64,000 bases of DNA. Source: an uncultured delta proteobacterium (GTDB taxonomy: Bacteria > Desulfobacterota > Binatia > Binatales > Binataceae). The stretch covers positions 2,784,001 through 2,848,000 of the forward strand of contig CAWEEQ010000004.1 in assembly GCA_963808235.1 (NCBI GenBank), given 5' to 3'. Below the pieces are notes generated by a model. The model was not told the DNA's origin. It saw only the letters and a program-made list of their open reading frames with translations, and ran no database searches. The translations under genes were made by a program, and so were the position numbers. Each line of letters opens with the position of its first letter. Within the stretch, counting starts at the first letter, position 1. Below, piece after piece: positions 1 through 12,902 of the stretch.

Positions 1-176
1 CCCTTTAGCGCCGGGTCGCGTGAAGCCGCCAGCGACGCAACATTCTGCGCCAGCGCGACGGGCAGATTATCGACGCAGTAAAAGCCGAGATCTTCGAGCA
101 CCCGCATCGCGGACGCGCGGCCCGAACCTGAAACACCGGTGACTATTATGAGGCGGGGTGTTTGCGGCGAGCTCAT
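1..176 (-). CDS. rapZ: RNase adapter RapZ (5' part; runs off window)
   Basis: Manual translation [39 protein letters not shown]; typical position after ptsN. Confidence 0.9.
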   Translation of the reverse strand, partial: MSSPQTPRLIIVTGVSGSGRASAMRVLEDLGFYCVDNLPVALAQNVASLAASRDPALK

Positions 177-190
177 CGGGGAGCGCGGAA

Positions 191-652
191 TCAGTACTTG
201 CTGTCCTCTTCCTTGATGAGTCGATAGATCTCGTCGGCGTCTTTGGCGGCGAGCAGCCGCTCTCGAAATGAACTTTCCTTGAGCAGGCGGGAAACCCGCG
301 CCAAGGCCTTCAGATGCAGGCTCGCGGAATCCTCTGGCGCAACCAGCACGAAGAAGAGCTGCGACGGGCCGCCGTCGAGCGAGTCGAAATCGACGCCCTG
401 CACGTGGCGGCCGAACGCTCCGATTATCTTGGTCACGCCGCGCAGCTTGCCGTGCGGTATGGCGATGCCGTCGCCGATTGCGGTCGAGCCCAACCGCTCA
501 CGCTCGGCCAGCACCGCGTTCAGTTCGGCAAGCGAGATTTCCTTGTATTTGGAGGTCAACGCTTTCGCGAGTTCGTTCAGCACGTCCGGCTTGGTGGTGC
601 CCTTCAAGTCAGCGATGACCATGTCAGGGCTCAGGATGTCCGTAATTTTCAT
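191..652 (-). CDS. ptsN: PTS IIA (nitrogen regulatory) protein
   Basis: [18 protein letters not shown] motif; rpoN operon context. Confidence 0.92.
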   Translation of the reverse strand: MKITDILSPDMVIADLKGTTKPDVLNELAKALTSKYKEISLAELNAVLAERERLGSTAIGDGIAIPHGKLRGVTKIIGAFGRHVQGVDFDSLDGGPSQLFFVLVAPEDSASLHLKALARVSRLLKESSFRERLLAAKDADEIYRLIKEEDSKY

Positions 653-723
653 CTAGTCGTTCCAGTGAAACGGCGGTGCTGTGTTCGATCGCTACGATAC
701 GCAAGCGCGCGGAGCGATGCGAA

Positions 724-1152
724 TCAGGATTCCTCGCTCAAGCTCAGAACCTCGCCGGTGGAGGGCGATCGAACTTTCTTAGCCTTGAATTTTTCGATGT
801 GTTTAACCAGTTGGCGTCCAACCTTGTCCGCGAGCAGATCGATCACCGAGTAGAGATCCTTGGTCTCCTCCTGCGCGGTGACGGAAAGGCGCCCGGATTT
901 GACAGTAACTTCACCGTGCTGCCGGTATTTGTCAACGGTGAGGATCAGATGAGCGTCGCAGGTGCGCTTGAGCAACTTGCTGACATGAGCGAGTTTGCGT
1001 TCCGCATACAATCGAATCGCTTCGGTGGGTTCGACGTGGCGAAAGGTCACGGTGACTCGAGTCACGGTCCCGTCGCCGACCCGCGCCGCGCGCCGCACTT
1101 TTCGGATTTCGGCGCGAGTGCGTTTTCCCTGCTTGTCGCTTTTATTGCTCAC
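724..1152 (-). CDS. hpf: Ribosome hibernation promoting factor (short HPF/RaiA) with basic N-terminal extension
   Basis: VTFRHVEPTEAIRLYAERKL...DLYSVIDLLADKVGRQL; start uncertain. Confidence 0.88.
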   Translation of the reverse strand: MSNKSDKQGKRTRAEIRKVRRAARVGDGTVTRVTVTFRHVEPTEAIRLYAERKLAHVSKLLKRTCDAHLILTVDKYRQHGEVTVKSGRLSVTAQEETKDLYSVIDLLADKVGRQLVKHIEKFKAKKVRSPSTGEVLSLSEES

Positions 1153-1174
1153 GATAATTCGCCTGCACAGAACT

Positions 1175-2743
1175 TCATCCGATCTGTTTGCGATTGGCCG
1201 ACGGCGGAATACCCATCGCCTGCCGATACTTGGCGACCGTGCGCCGCGCGATATTGATCTGCTTTACCCGGAGCATCTCGGCAATGGCCTGGTCCGAGAG
1301 CGGGCTCATCGGAGTCTCCGCCGTCACCATCGCGCGAATTTCTTCCTTGACGGTTTCGGCGCTGACGTCTTCGCCACTGGCGCCTTTTACTCCCGAGGTA
1401 AAGAAAAACTTGAGCTCGTAAATTCCTTGCGGCGTATGCGCGTACTTGTTGGCGGTCGCGCGGCTGATGGTCGATTCGTGCATCCCGATGTCTTCCGCGA
1501 CGTCTTTCAGCACGAGCGGCTTGAGCAGGCTGATTCCATGATCAAAGAACGCGCGCTGAAACTTGACGATCGAAGTCGCGACCTTGAAGATCGTCTGCTG
1601 GCGCTGGTAAATCGACTTCACCAGCCATCGCGCCGAGCGCAGGCGCTCCTGCAGATACTCGCGCGTCTCCGCGGCTACATCGACGTCGTTGAGCACGCGC
1701 TGGTAGTAACCGGCCAGGCGCAGACGAGGCACCGCGTCGCGATTGAGGGTGACGACGTAATCCTCACTGACTTTCTGAATGTAAACGTCGGGCACGACGT
1801 AGGTTGGCTCCGCGCCGCCGTAGTCGCGGCCGGGCTTGGGTTCGAGCAGCGAGATCACCTTGGCCGACTGCCCGACCGTTTCGACCGACACGCCCAGCAC
1901 CTTGGCAATTTCCGCGTAGCGATGCTTCTCGAGCAAATCGAGATGGTTCTTGACGATTTTTGCGGCCAGCGATTCTTCCATCCCGAGGTTCTGCAACTGC
2001 GCGAGCAGGCATTCGCGCAAGTCGCGCGCGGCGACGCCGGGCGGATCGAAGCGCTGTATCCGCGCGAGCACGCGCTCGACTTCGGCCGACGGGATTTCGA
2101 GCTGCGCCGCCATCTCGTCGACCGGAGTTTCGAGGTAGCCGTCTTCGTTCAGGTTGTAGATGATCGTCGCGCCGATTTTCTGATCGTTCTCGGTGAGGTT
2201 CGAAAGCCCGAGCTGCCACATCATGTGGCCTTCGAGCGAGCTGCGCCGCAGCGGCGTGTTTTCCAGAGCGCTGCGATGGTCGTCGTCGGAGTCCGACGAC
2301 GGCGCGCTCTCCTGCCAGTTGTTCGAGTAGGTCTCCAGGTACTCGCGCCAGTCGAGTTTTTCGAGACTGTTGAGCTCCTTGATTTCGAGCGCCGCGTCGC
2401 GCGCCTCGGTCTCGACGGCCGGTGCGACTTTTTCTTCGCGCGCGCCGGTCTCCCAATCGTCATCGGAGTTGGCGCCGAGTGCGCCGTCGGCCTCGGGCGG
2501 CAGCGGCTCTCCGTCGGATGCGGCAGCCGCGTCCGGGTCGGGCAGCTCGGATTCGGATGCAGCTTCGGCCGGGCTTTGATCGAGCGGCTCGAGCATCGGA
2601 TTCTGCTCGAGTTCCGACTGCACGATCGCCTCGAGCTCCGGCAGCGACAGCTGCAGGATTTTGATCGCTTGCTGGAGCTGCGGCGTCATCACCAATTGCT
2701 GGCGGAGCCGGAGATCTTGTCCGAGTTTTACTTCAAGCGCCAT
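1175..2743 (-). CDS. rpoN: RNA polymerase sigma-54 factor
   Basis: MTPQLQQAIKILQL N-terminus, HESTISRA, RpoN box ARRTVAKYR. Confidence 0.98.
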   Translation of the reverse strand: MALEVKLGQDLRLRQQLVMTPQLQQAIKILQLSLPELEAIVQSELEQNPMLEPLDQSPAEAASESELPDPDAAAASDGEPLPPEADGALGANSDDDWETGAREEKVAPAVETEARDAALEIKELNSLEKLDWREYLETYSNNWQESAPSSDSDDDHRSALENTPLRRSSLEGHMMWQLGLSNLTENDQKIGATIIYNLNEDGYLETPVDEMAAQLEIPSAEVERVLARIQRFDPPGVAARDLRECLLAQLQNLGMEESLAAKIVKNHLDLLEKHRYAEIAKVLGVSVETVGQSAKVISLLEPKPGRDYGGAEPTYVVPDVYIQKVSEDYVVTLNRDAVPRLRLAGYYQRVLNDVDVAAETREYLQERLRSARWLVKSIYQRQQTIFKVATSIVKFQRAFFDHGISLLKPLVLKDVAEDIGMHESTISRATANKYAHTPQGIYELKFFFTSGVKGASGEDVSAETVKEEIRAMVTAETPMSPLSDQAIAEMLRVKQINIARRTVAKYRQAMGIPPSANRKQIG

Positions 2744-2777
2744 CGCTGATTCTTATCTTTTCTTGCTTTTTTACTTT

Positions 2778-4157
2778 TTACTGACACCCAGGCGTGGGCG
2801 GCGCTCCGTCCTCATTCTGTCCGTTGTGCGGGAAAATCACGGCGCGGGCGTCTTCGACTACGCTCTTGTTGGTATCGAGGAATACGGTGATCCGTTTACC
2901 GGTAATCTGGTTGGCGCAGTCGTGCACCACCGGGCTCCCGGTCAGGACCATCGTGCGCTTGGTTTGATCCATCACGCCATGCTCTCCGGTCGCCCATTGA
3001 GTGCCCTGGCTCATGCGCACGTTGCCATCAGCAACCATGTCCTTGAGCTGCTTGAAATCCTTGTCGAAATAGTTGACCCGCAACTGGTCGCTCGTGAGCT
3101 GCGCTTGAGCCTGGGTGGCATGCACATGTCCGGACCAGAGGACCGAGTGATTCTGATAGTCGAGAGACATCGACTCGGACTTGATATGGATCGGGCCCTT
3201 GTTGTTGCCGAATTGAAGCCCGGTCGGATTGTCTTCTTGCGGAGTGTTCGACGCGATCTTGGTGTCTTTGCCTTCGCCCTTGCCGCCTTTGCCGGCAGCC
3301 TGGCGCGGTTGCTTTGCTGGCGGAGCCTGCTCTGCGCTGATGGGAGCATTCGGCGGCGCCGGTGCTGGTACAGGCGCGGCGTCTGGAGGAACTGGCGCGA
3401 GCACCATCGGCGGCGCTAAAGCGCCCGAGGGAGGCATCGCGGCCGTAGTCACCGGAGTCGAGACCGGCGCAGCCGCTTCCGGAGCCGGCGCGACCGATGG
3501 GACGGGCGCGGGAGCAGGCTCCGACGCGGCGACGGGCGCCGGTGGCGTCGTCGCAGAGACGGCTGGGGCTGATACGGATGACACGCTGGCGGGTGCGCTC
3601 GCTTCGACGGGAGCTACTGGAACTGGCGCACTAACTTCAGCAGGAGCTGGTGCCGCCGGCGGAGGCGCACTGGCTTCGACTGGGGCTGGTACCACAGGTG
3701 GAGCACTCGCTTGAGCTGGGGCTGCTGCGGCAGGCGGGGCGCTCGCTTCAGCAGGAGCTGCCGCCGCAGGCGGGGCGCTCGCTTCAGGAGGAGCTGCCGC
3801 CGCAGGAGGCGCGCTCGCCTCGGCGGGAGCTGCCACCGCAGGTGGCGCGCTGGCTTCAGCTGGAGCTGCCGCGCTCGATGGCGTTGAACCCGGCACTCCG
3901 CCTGTCACGCTGATCGAATCGCCGGTCATGTCATCGGTGGCGGCCGGCTGCTGCTCGACAGGTGCGGGCGCGTTGTCCGCTTTGTCGGGACGAATCGAAT
4001 TTCCCACCGTGCCTTCGCCCATCGCGGGCACCGAAGACGGCGACGACATCGGCGTATTGACGCCATCTTGAGCCCACGCAGGCGACGCCAGTGCGCACGC
4101 GACGATCGCGCTCGCAACGATAGTTACGACGCGATTAACTTTTTTTGGATTTTTCAC
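2778..4157 (-). CDS. lptA: LptA/OstA-family periplasmic LPS transport protein with long Pro/Ala-rich N-terminal region
   Basis: Signal peptide, ~270 aa low complexity, C-terminal PIHIKSESM...GHVHATQ...LTSDQL...ADGNVRM...LTGSPVV...ITGKRI; follows lptC. Confidence 0.8.
   Translation of the reverse strand: MKNPKKVNRVVTIVASAIVACALASPAWAQDGVNTPMSSPSSVPAMGEGTVGNSIRPDKADNAPAPVEQQPAATDDMTGDSISVTGGVPGSTPSSAAAPAEASAPPAVAAPAEASAPPAAAAPPEASAPPAAAAPAEASAPPAAAAPAQASAPPVVPAPVEASAPPPAAPAPAEVSAPVPVAPVEASAPASVSSVSAPAVSATTPPAPVAASEPAPAPVPSVAPAPEAAAPVSTPVTTAAMPPSGALAPPMVLAPVPPDAAPVPAPAPPNAPISAEQAPPAKQPRQAAGKGGKGEGKDTKIASNTPQEDNPTGLQFGNNKGPIHIKSESMSLDYQNHSVLWSGHVHATQAQAQLTSDQLRVNYFDKDFKQLKDMVADGNVRMSQGTQWATGEHGVMDQTKRTMVLTGSPVVHDCANQITGKRITVFLDTNKSVVEDARAVIFPHNGQNEDGAPPTPGCQ
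3590..3875 (-). repeat. Coding tandem repeat, ~33 bp unit (APAEASAPPAA) x ~8
   Basis: 11-aa periodicity visible in the translation and in the DNA. Confidence 0.85.
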
Positions 4158-4734
4158 GATCGTTCTGCGGTATAAATTCAGTCTCTACCTGCTCGCGGAG
4201 CTGGAAAATTCGGGTCTTGGGATGTCCCGTCATGCCCACCCCGGTGACTTTGAGTCCGCTGCCGATTACGGTGACAGCCCCGGCGGCATCGACCTGATCT
4301 TGATCGGGCAGGAACGTCGCGGAATCGGTGCTGAGGATGTACTCGCCGAAGTGGATGACCGTACCTCCGCTCAGAACCGCGCGTGTCACGTGATTTCCGT
4401 CCAAAGCCAGAACCGCAAGTGGAGCGTTGACGACTACCGGATGTCCGTCGCTGGAGGTCATCGTGACTTCCGCATTGACCAGCCTCACCGACGTCTTGTC
4501 GTTCGAATAACTAGCCTCGCCCGCGGTCAGGACCCATTGCCGCTCGCCGGCTTTCATCTGGGTCCAATGGAAATTGTGCGCATGCAAAAGCGTGCCGGGA
4601 ACGACGCCGGCTACAGTCTGCAAGACCTGCGTAGCGGAGCGATGACGCACGATCCAGACGGTCGCAATCAGCAGGATGGCGAGCGCCAGCGCACCGAAAC
4701 CGGCCAGCATCTTTGCGATACGGCGAGGGCTCAC
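4135..4734 (-). CDS. lptC: LPS export periplasmic protein LptC
   Basis: Single N-terminal TM followed by beta-jellyroll-like pattern; directly upstream of lptA. Confidence 0.75.
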   Translation of the reverse strand: MSPRRIAKMLAGFGALALAILLIATVWIVRHRSATQVLQTVAGVVPGTLLHAHNFHWTQMKAGERQWVLTAGEASYSNDKTSVRLVNAEVTMTSSDGHPVVVNAPLAVLALDGNHVTRAVLSGGTVIHFGEYILSTDSATFLPDQDQVDAAGAVTVIGSGLKVTGVGMTGHPKTRIFQLREQVETEFIPQNDREKSKKS

Positions 4735-4848
4735 GGCCTATTTTCCCCGAAATCCATGCTTGCAGATTGAATTTTAAACTAAAGCGATAGGTCGGCACCA
4801 TACTTGCAAAACCCACAATGATCATACTCAGGATTCCACAGGAACCGG

Positions 4849-5742
4849 TCATCGGCCCGCGCTGCTCGACCTCGATTCGACAGTGAGGACAAAGTGCGTC
4901 AGATACGGCCGGTGATCGTAGCCGTATGCAATCTGCCGAGCGTCGACTAGCGACTCTTCGTCCGACTTTTCGGCTCGCTCGAGGTTCCAGAGTACTTCGT
5001 CCTCCCACATCACCACGCCATCGTGTAGTTCCTCGACTGATAAGACATTCAGCAGGCCAGTCTGCCGGAATAGATCGGCCCACCAGTGCGGCGAATGGTA
5101 TTTGGAGAACTCCTGGTTCCAGAGCGTGGTGCCGTCGTCATACTCATGCGGAAGATCATGCAGCTTGGCCGCTTCGAATTCTTCGTTGAAGCACGGACTG
5201 CCGATGCATAGGCAGCCGCCCGGCTTGAGATGACGGAGCAGATGCGGGAGGAAACCCGGAATCGCGCCAAAGTAATGGATCGCATCCATGCAGAAGATCG
5301 CATCGAAAGAGGACTCCGCAAACGGCAGCGCCTGCGTTACGTCCAGGTGCATCGGGACGATACTCAGACCCGGCTGTTGCGTGCGCGAGTAAAGCTCATT
5401 GGCGGAGATCCACCAATCGACGGCAATGACGTTGACGCCATACTGGCAAGCCAGAAAAACGGAGGTGGCGCCTCTGCCACAGCCCAGATCCATGACGGTC
5501 ATGCCCCGCTTCAGGGACAGAGTCCGCGCCATCCGAGCGGCCAGGTAAAGACCGCCAGGCCCCATTTTGCCGTCGTAGATTTGGGCCCGCGTCAGGCCAG
5601 CGAGCTCCGGATATTCTGCATCCTTCAGCCTGCGGAATTCCGCTTTTACGTTTGCGAGCGACAGCAACTTCACTCCTGATTCGACATCGGCCAGATTGAC
5701 CTGGCGCACACGCGGGACGTTACTTGCGCCAGGAATCTCCAC
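4849..5742 (-). CDS. Class I SAM-dependent methyltransferase
   Basis: VMDLGCGRG motif I; LPFAESSFDAIFC; LKPGG. Confidence 0.85.
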   Translation of the reverse strand: MEIPGASNVPRVRQVNLADVESGVKLLSLANVKAEFRRLKDAEYPELAGLTRAQIYDGKMGPGGLYLAARMARTLSLKRGMTVMDLGCGRGATSVFLACQYGVNVIAVDWWISANELYSRTQQPGLSIVPMHLDVTQALPFAESSFDAIFCMDAIHYFGAIPGFLPHLLRHLKPGGCLCIGSPCFNEEFEAAKLHDLPHEYDDGTTLWNQEFSKYHSPHWWADLFRQTGLLNVLSVEELHDGVVMWEDEVLWNLERAEKSDEESLVDARQIAYGYDHRPYLTHFVLTVESRSSSAGR

Positions 5743-5763
5743 GACGAGATTCAGTCCTGCGAT

Positions 5764-8998
<3,235 letters not shown>

Positions 8999-9142
8999 CG
9001 AAAACTCGGCCAGAAAATTTCTCCGTTGTGAAAGATTTGCGATCGAAGGGGCACATCGAACGGTACCCGACCGCAGCGGTCCTTGTCAATTTTTCGCGCG
9101 AGGATTCGACGCTGAGTTATGCACCACGGTGATTGAGAAGAC

Positions 9143-9172
9143 AAAAAAATGGGCGGCCGTCTCTGGCCGCCC
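9143..9172 (-). terminator. Rho-independent terminator
   Basis: GGGCGGCC-loop-GGCCGCCC hairpin followed by T-run on the minus strand. Confidence 0.75.
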
Positions 9173-9200
9173 GTTATGAGTTCGCGAAACTGCTCCGAAT

Positions 9201-9326
9201 CTATTTGCCGCGAATCCGGGTCCTGCGCATCTTGCGCAGTCTTGATTTGGCCTGATGCGAATCGCTCCGCTTTTTGCGCGCCAGCTTCCGTTTGCGCCGA
9301 TTGCGCTGGACCGATGCTACTTTCAT
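9201..9326 (-). CDS. 41-aa Arg/Lys-rich small protein
   Basis: ATG overlaps the upstream stop (ATGA), AGGAG RBS, terminator just downstream; MKVASVQRNRRKRKLARKKRSDSHQAKSRLRKMRRTRIRGK. Confidence 0.6.
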   Translation of the reverse strand: MKVASVQRNRRKRKLARKKRSDSHQAKSRLRKMRRTRIRGK

Positions 9327-10615
9327 TGTCTCTCCTGGTTTGAGTTGAACTGCGGCGGCGCCGACGCGTTGTACGCCTCGCCTCCCAGCGTATGCGGGGC
9401 GGTGTATGCGATCGGGCTTATCGCCATGCACTCGGTCACTACCTGTCCATTGTTATGCACCACGATTCGTCCGAGCGGTTCTCCGGTCGTTACCGGGGCG
9501 TCGATCGCCGGCGCCACATCGTACACGACCTGAACCGTCGAGGCGTCGACCTTCGGCACCACCACTTTTAGATCGGTGGCCGCGACCGGTTGAATCAGCG
9601 GTCCCGCATGAACCTGCACCTGCACGGGCAGCGGTTGTCCCGACTTGAGCAGCGACACCGCGGTGAATTGTTCGAAGCCCCATTCCATCAGCTTGCCTGC
9701 CTGCGCGAAGCGCTGCTGATTGGACGGCGCGCCGAGGATAACCGCAATCAGCCGCATGTTGCCGCGTTTGGCCGTGGTCGTGACGTTGAACCCCGCCTGG
9801 TAGGTGAAGCCGGTCTTGAGCCCGTCGCATCCGTCGAAATGGCCGACCAGATGGTTGGTGTTATGAAGCATCGCGACACCGCCGTCGAAATCCACCGTCT
9901 CCTGCCCGGACCACATCAGGAGATTCGTCTCGCGGATTATCGCGCGGCCCACGGTCGCGAGATCTTCGGCGTTGGTGCGATCAACGTCGTGAGTTGGACG
10001 CGGAGGCAGGCCGTCCACGGTCTGGTACTCGGTGTGAGTCATGCCGAGTTCGCGCGCCCGCTCGTTCATCATCCGGACCATCGCCTCGACCGAGCCGCCG
10101 ATCTTCTCACCGACTGCGACCGCCGCGTCGTTGGCCGATTTGACCAGCGCCGCCTTCATCAACTCGCGCAGCGGATAAACGTCGCCTTCCTTGAGTCCGA
10201 GCCGCGAGCCGCCGGTATGCGCCGAGCGCTCCGAGACCCTGACCGGTTCGTCGGATTTGAAGCGGCCGGCATTGATCTGCTCTTGCGCGACCAGCAGGAG
10301 CATCATCTTGGCCATCGAGGCGGGCGGCCAATCCATCTCCGCGTTGGAGGCCATCAGGATGCGTCCGCTGTCGGCATCTTCGAGCAGCGCGGCTTTGTAG
10401 AGCTGGGTGTTGCCCACCGGTCGCGCGCTCTTTCTCGAGTGCGAAGTTCGATGGCGATGCGACAGCGCAGTTGCGTGCGCCGGCGTTGCCGCGAGCGAGA
10501 TTGCGCACAGAATCAGCGCCGCAAATATCCTGCCGGGCACGCCGAGATTAGCGAGGTCTCTGGAGACGTATCTTTGTGACAAATTCCACTGTGACAATTT
10601 CCTCCCCACCCGCAA
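9323..10615 (-). CDS. D-alanyl-D-alanine carboxypeptidase (peptidase S11)
   Basis: SMAK (SxxK), SAN (SxN), KTG motifs; PBP5-like C-domain; start uncertain. Confidence 0.92.
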   Translation of the reverse strand: MRVGRKLSQWNLSQRYVSRDLANLGVPGRIFAALILCAISLAATPAHATALSHRHRTSHSRKSARPVGNTQLYKAALLEDADSGRILMASNAEMDWPPASMAKMMLLLVAQEQINAGRFKSDEPVRVSERSAHTGGSRLGLKEGDVYPLRELMKAALVKSANDAAVAVGEKIGGSVEAMVRMMNERARELGMTHTEYQTVDGLPPRPTHDVDRTNAEDLATVGRAIIRETNLLMWSGQETVDFDGGVAMLHNTNHLVGHFDGCDGLKTGFTYQAGFNVTTTAKRGNMRLIAVILGAPSNQQRFAQAGKLMEWGFEQFTAVSLLKSGQPLPVQVQVHAGPLIQPVAATDLKVVVPKVDASTVQVVYDVAPAIDAPVTTGEPLGRIVVHNNGQVVTECMAISPIAYTAPHTLGGEAYNASAPPQFNSNQERQ

Positions 10616-10658
10616 AATTCCTCCTCCTGCTTGTCCCAGCTTATGTCTTGCGGCGCGC

Positions 10659-11393
10659 TCAGGGAACGCGGATGAAGTTGGTCGGCTCGGCGCCGTTTTT
10701 CGCGCCGCCTTCCGTCGGTGCGCCGTGTTCGACGTGATTCAATATATCAAGATTGGTCCGCGCCGGCGTGTAGTCGGGATTCTCGCCGACCAGTTCGTTC
10801 CATTCCTGGCTCGCTCGAACGTAGTTGCCTTCTTCGGCGTAGATTGCGCCGAGCGTATTGCGAGCGTCGGGCTGGCTCGGGTCTATCTGTAAGGAGAGTA
10901 ACGTCTCCTGCTCAGCCTGTGCGAGCGCTCCGCGCCGTTCGTAAGCGAGCGCTAGGTTGAAGTGCGTCTCCGGACGTTCAGGTCCGAGCAGCGCCGCCAG
11001 CCTCAGCACTTGAGTCGCATCGCGAGTCTGCCCGGTTTCCAGGTAGAGCAAGCCCAGGTTCAGGAACAACTGCCAGTCGTTGAGGCCAAGACTGATCGCC
11101 TTTTGATACTCGGCGAGTTCCTTCTGATGCTCACCGACGACGCCATATGCGAAGCCAAGATGGTAGTGCGCAAGGGCGTTGGCGGGATCGTCGCTGATAA
11201 CTATGCGATGGCGGCGAATGGCCTCGCCGTAATCTTCCATGCCGAGAAAATAATCGGCGAGCGGATCGCAAACCTGCTCGTCGTAGGTACTGCTTTTGGC
11301 GCTCGCATGGGCGCGCGGCGGCGACTGGAACACCAGCGCGATCGCGGCAATAAGAAAAAAAATGCTCGACCTGCTAAAGCTCAACGAATCCAA
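10659..11393 (-). CDS. Exported TPR protein
   Basis: Signal peptide; several TPRs (AHYHLGFAY, FLNLGLLY, HFNLALAY). Confidence 0.85.
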   Translation of the reverse strand: MDSLSFSRSSIFFLIAAIALVFQSPPRAHASAKSSTYDEQVCDPLADYFLGMEDYGEAIRRHRIVISDDPANALAHYHLGFAYGVVGEHQKELAEYQKAISLGLNDWQLFLNLGLLYLETGQTRDATQVLRLAALLGPERPETHFNLALAYERRGALAQAEQETLLSLQIDPSQPDARNTLGAIYAEEGNYVRASQEWNELVGENPDYTPARTNLDILNHVEHGAPTEGGAKNGAEPTNFIRVP

Positions 11394-11611
11394 TTGTTCC
11401 CGCAGCCCACGAACGTGCGGGAAGAAATCAGATGGTAGCAGGAATTTTCGATTAAAGAAGAGCGCGGCGCGTATTTTAACGCATTGCGCCTAAAGAAATC
11501 ACGTTTTGCATGCCGCGGACGCCCTAAAACCGTATTGGCGCATCAGCCGCCGAATCGCCCAAGATTTCCAGTTCCGGGGACTCCCAATTCCCAGGATTCC
11601 CTATTTCGACG

Positions 11612-11640
11612 AAGGGCGGCCGCATCGCGCGGCCGCCCCT
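11612..11640 (-). terminator. Hairpin terminator
   Basis: GGGCGGCCGC-loop-GCGGCCGCCC just after the 93-aa gene. Confidence 0.6.
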
Positions 11641-11657
11641 GGAATTGTCCGTCGGTG

Positions 11658-11939
11658 TTACGGATTGGCAGCAGGAGCCATGGCGCCGGGTGACGCTTCC
11701 GCCCCCGGAGACGCCATCGCGCCGCTGTCGGTGCTATCAGTCGTCTTCTTGTGATGATGGCGACGATGCTTCTTCGTCGCGGCCGGCGATGCCGCCGCGT
11801 CTGGGGCCGCCATGCTCGACTCAGCCGCAGGGGCCTCCGCCGCTGGTGACGAGGCCGCCGCCGGAGCCTGCGCGAAAGCCGGCATCGCCAACGCGGTGGC
11901 GAAGAAAGCTGCGGAGAGGACTGAAAGGGTGCGCTTCAT
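11658..11939 (-). CDS. Small exported low-complexity protein (Asr-like composition)
   Basis: AGGAG RBS, Sec signal ending AFA, Ala/Pro/Ser repeats, KKHRRHHHKK patch. Confidence 0.75.
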   Translation of the reverse strand: MKRTLSVLSAAFFATALAMPAFAQAPAAASSPAAEAPAAESSMAAPDAAASPAATKKHRRHHHKKTTDSTDSGAMASPGAEASPGAMAPAANP

Positions 11940-12001
11940 ATTTCTGGATCTCCTTGATATCGGCGGGCCTTAATGGACCGCGGGTGTCACAATGAATGTA
12001 T

Positions 12002-12017
12002 TGCTATAGCCGTGCCA
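12002..12017 (-). promoter_or_regulatory. Putative sigma-54 -24/-12 promoter
   Basis: Minus strand TGGCACGGCTATAGCA (GG-N10-GC) about 60 bp upstream of the ATG at 11939. Confidence 0.6.
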
Positions 12018-12161
12018 TCGGGCTCGGCGCAAGTTCTTCAAGCAAGATAAGCGGATTTCTTGGTCAAATCGCTCCACTATGACCCAATCGGTCTATAACC
12101 CTATCCGCTTTGCGTAAGCGCTCAGACTTGGCCGCCTGACCGACAGGCCTTAATCGAAGGG

Positions 12162-12887
12162 TCACTTCCCCGCCCGACGCTCAGCCTTCAACTCCTGATA
12201 TAGCGTAATTAGCTCCTTAAATGCTCGCGCTACCACCTTGAGGTTCGCCCCCGATTGCTCCCCGGTCAGGCGCGGCAGATGCTGCACGTCGACCTCCTTT
12301 ACCTTTGCGTTACGGCCCGCCAGCCGCGCCATCAGCTCGGTCGAGATCATCGCGCCATGCGCCCGCAGCTCCATCCCGTCGAGCTTCTCCCGCTTGAACA
12401 GTTTGAAGCCGCAATCGATGTCGGTGATCGTGATGCCGAGCAGGACGCGGACGAGAGTCGTCCATGCCCTGCCGTTTATCCTGCGCATCAAATGGTCGGC
12501 GCGATGCGCCCGGCGGCCCGCGACGACGTCGTACTCGGGAACAAACGGGGTCATGCGCTCGAGATCGGCGGGATCGAATTGCCCATCGCCGTCGCATAGC
12601 AGGACGTAAGGTTTCGACGCGGCCCGGATTCCGGATATCACCGCTCCGCCGTAGCCGCGATTGACCGGATGATGCACGACCTTGACGTGAGCGTCGGCGG
12701 CGGCAAGGCGGTCGGCTATTGCGCCGGTGCGATCGCGGCTGCCGTCGTCGACCACGATCACTTCGTAGTCATCGGCGACGCGCGGCAGCTCGGCGAGGTA
12801 CGAGTTGACAACCCGCTCGACATTGCCCTCCTCGTTATGTGACGGCAGGAAAACGCTGATTCCGGGAAGTCGGACCGGGGTGCTCAC
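12162..12887 (-). CDS. Glycosyltransferase family 2 (polyprenol-phosphate type)
   Basis: PSHNEE, VDDGSRD, NRGYGGA, DGDGQ, DIDCGFKLF. Confidence 0.92.
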   Translation of the reverse strand: MSTPVRLPGISVFLPSHNEEGNVERVVNSYLAELPRVADDYEVIVVDDGSRDRTGAIADRLAAADAHVKVVHHPVNRGYGGAVISGIRAASKPYVLLCDGDGQFDPADLERMTPFVPEYDVVAGRRAHRADHLMRRINGRAWTTLVRVLLGITITDIDCGFKLFKREKLDGMELRAHGAMISTELMARLAGRNAKVKEVDVQHLPRLTGEQSGANLKVVARAFKELITLYQELKAERRAGK

Positions 12888-12902
12888 GTTCGGGTGGGCG
12901 AG

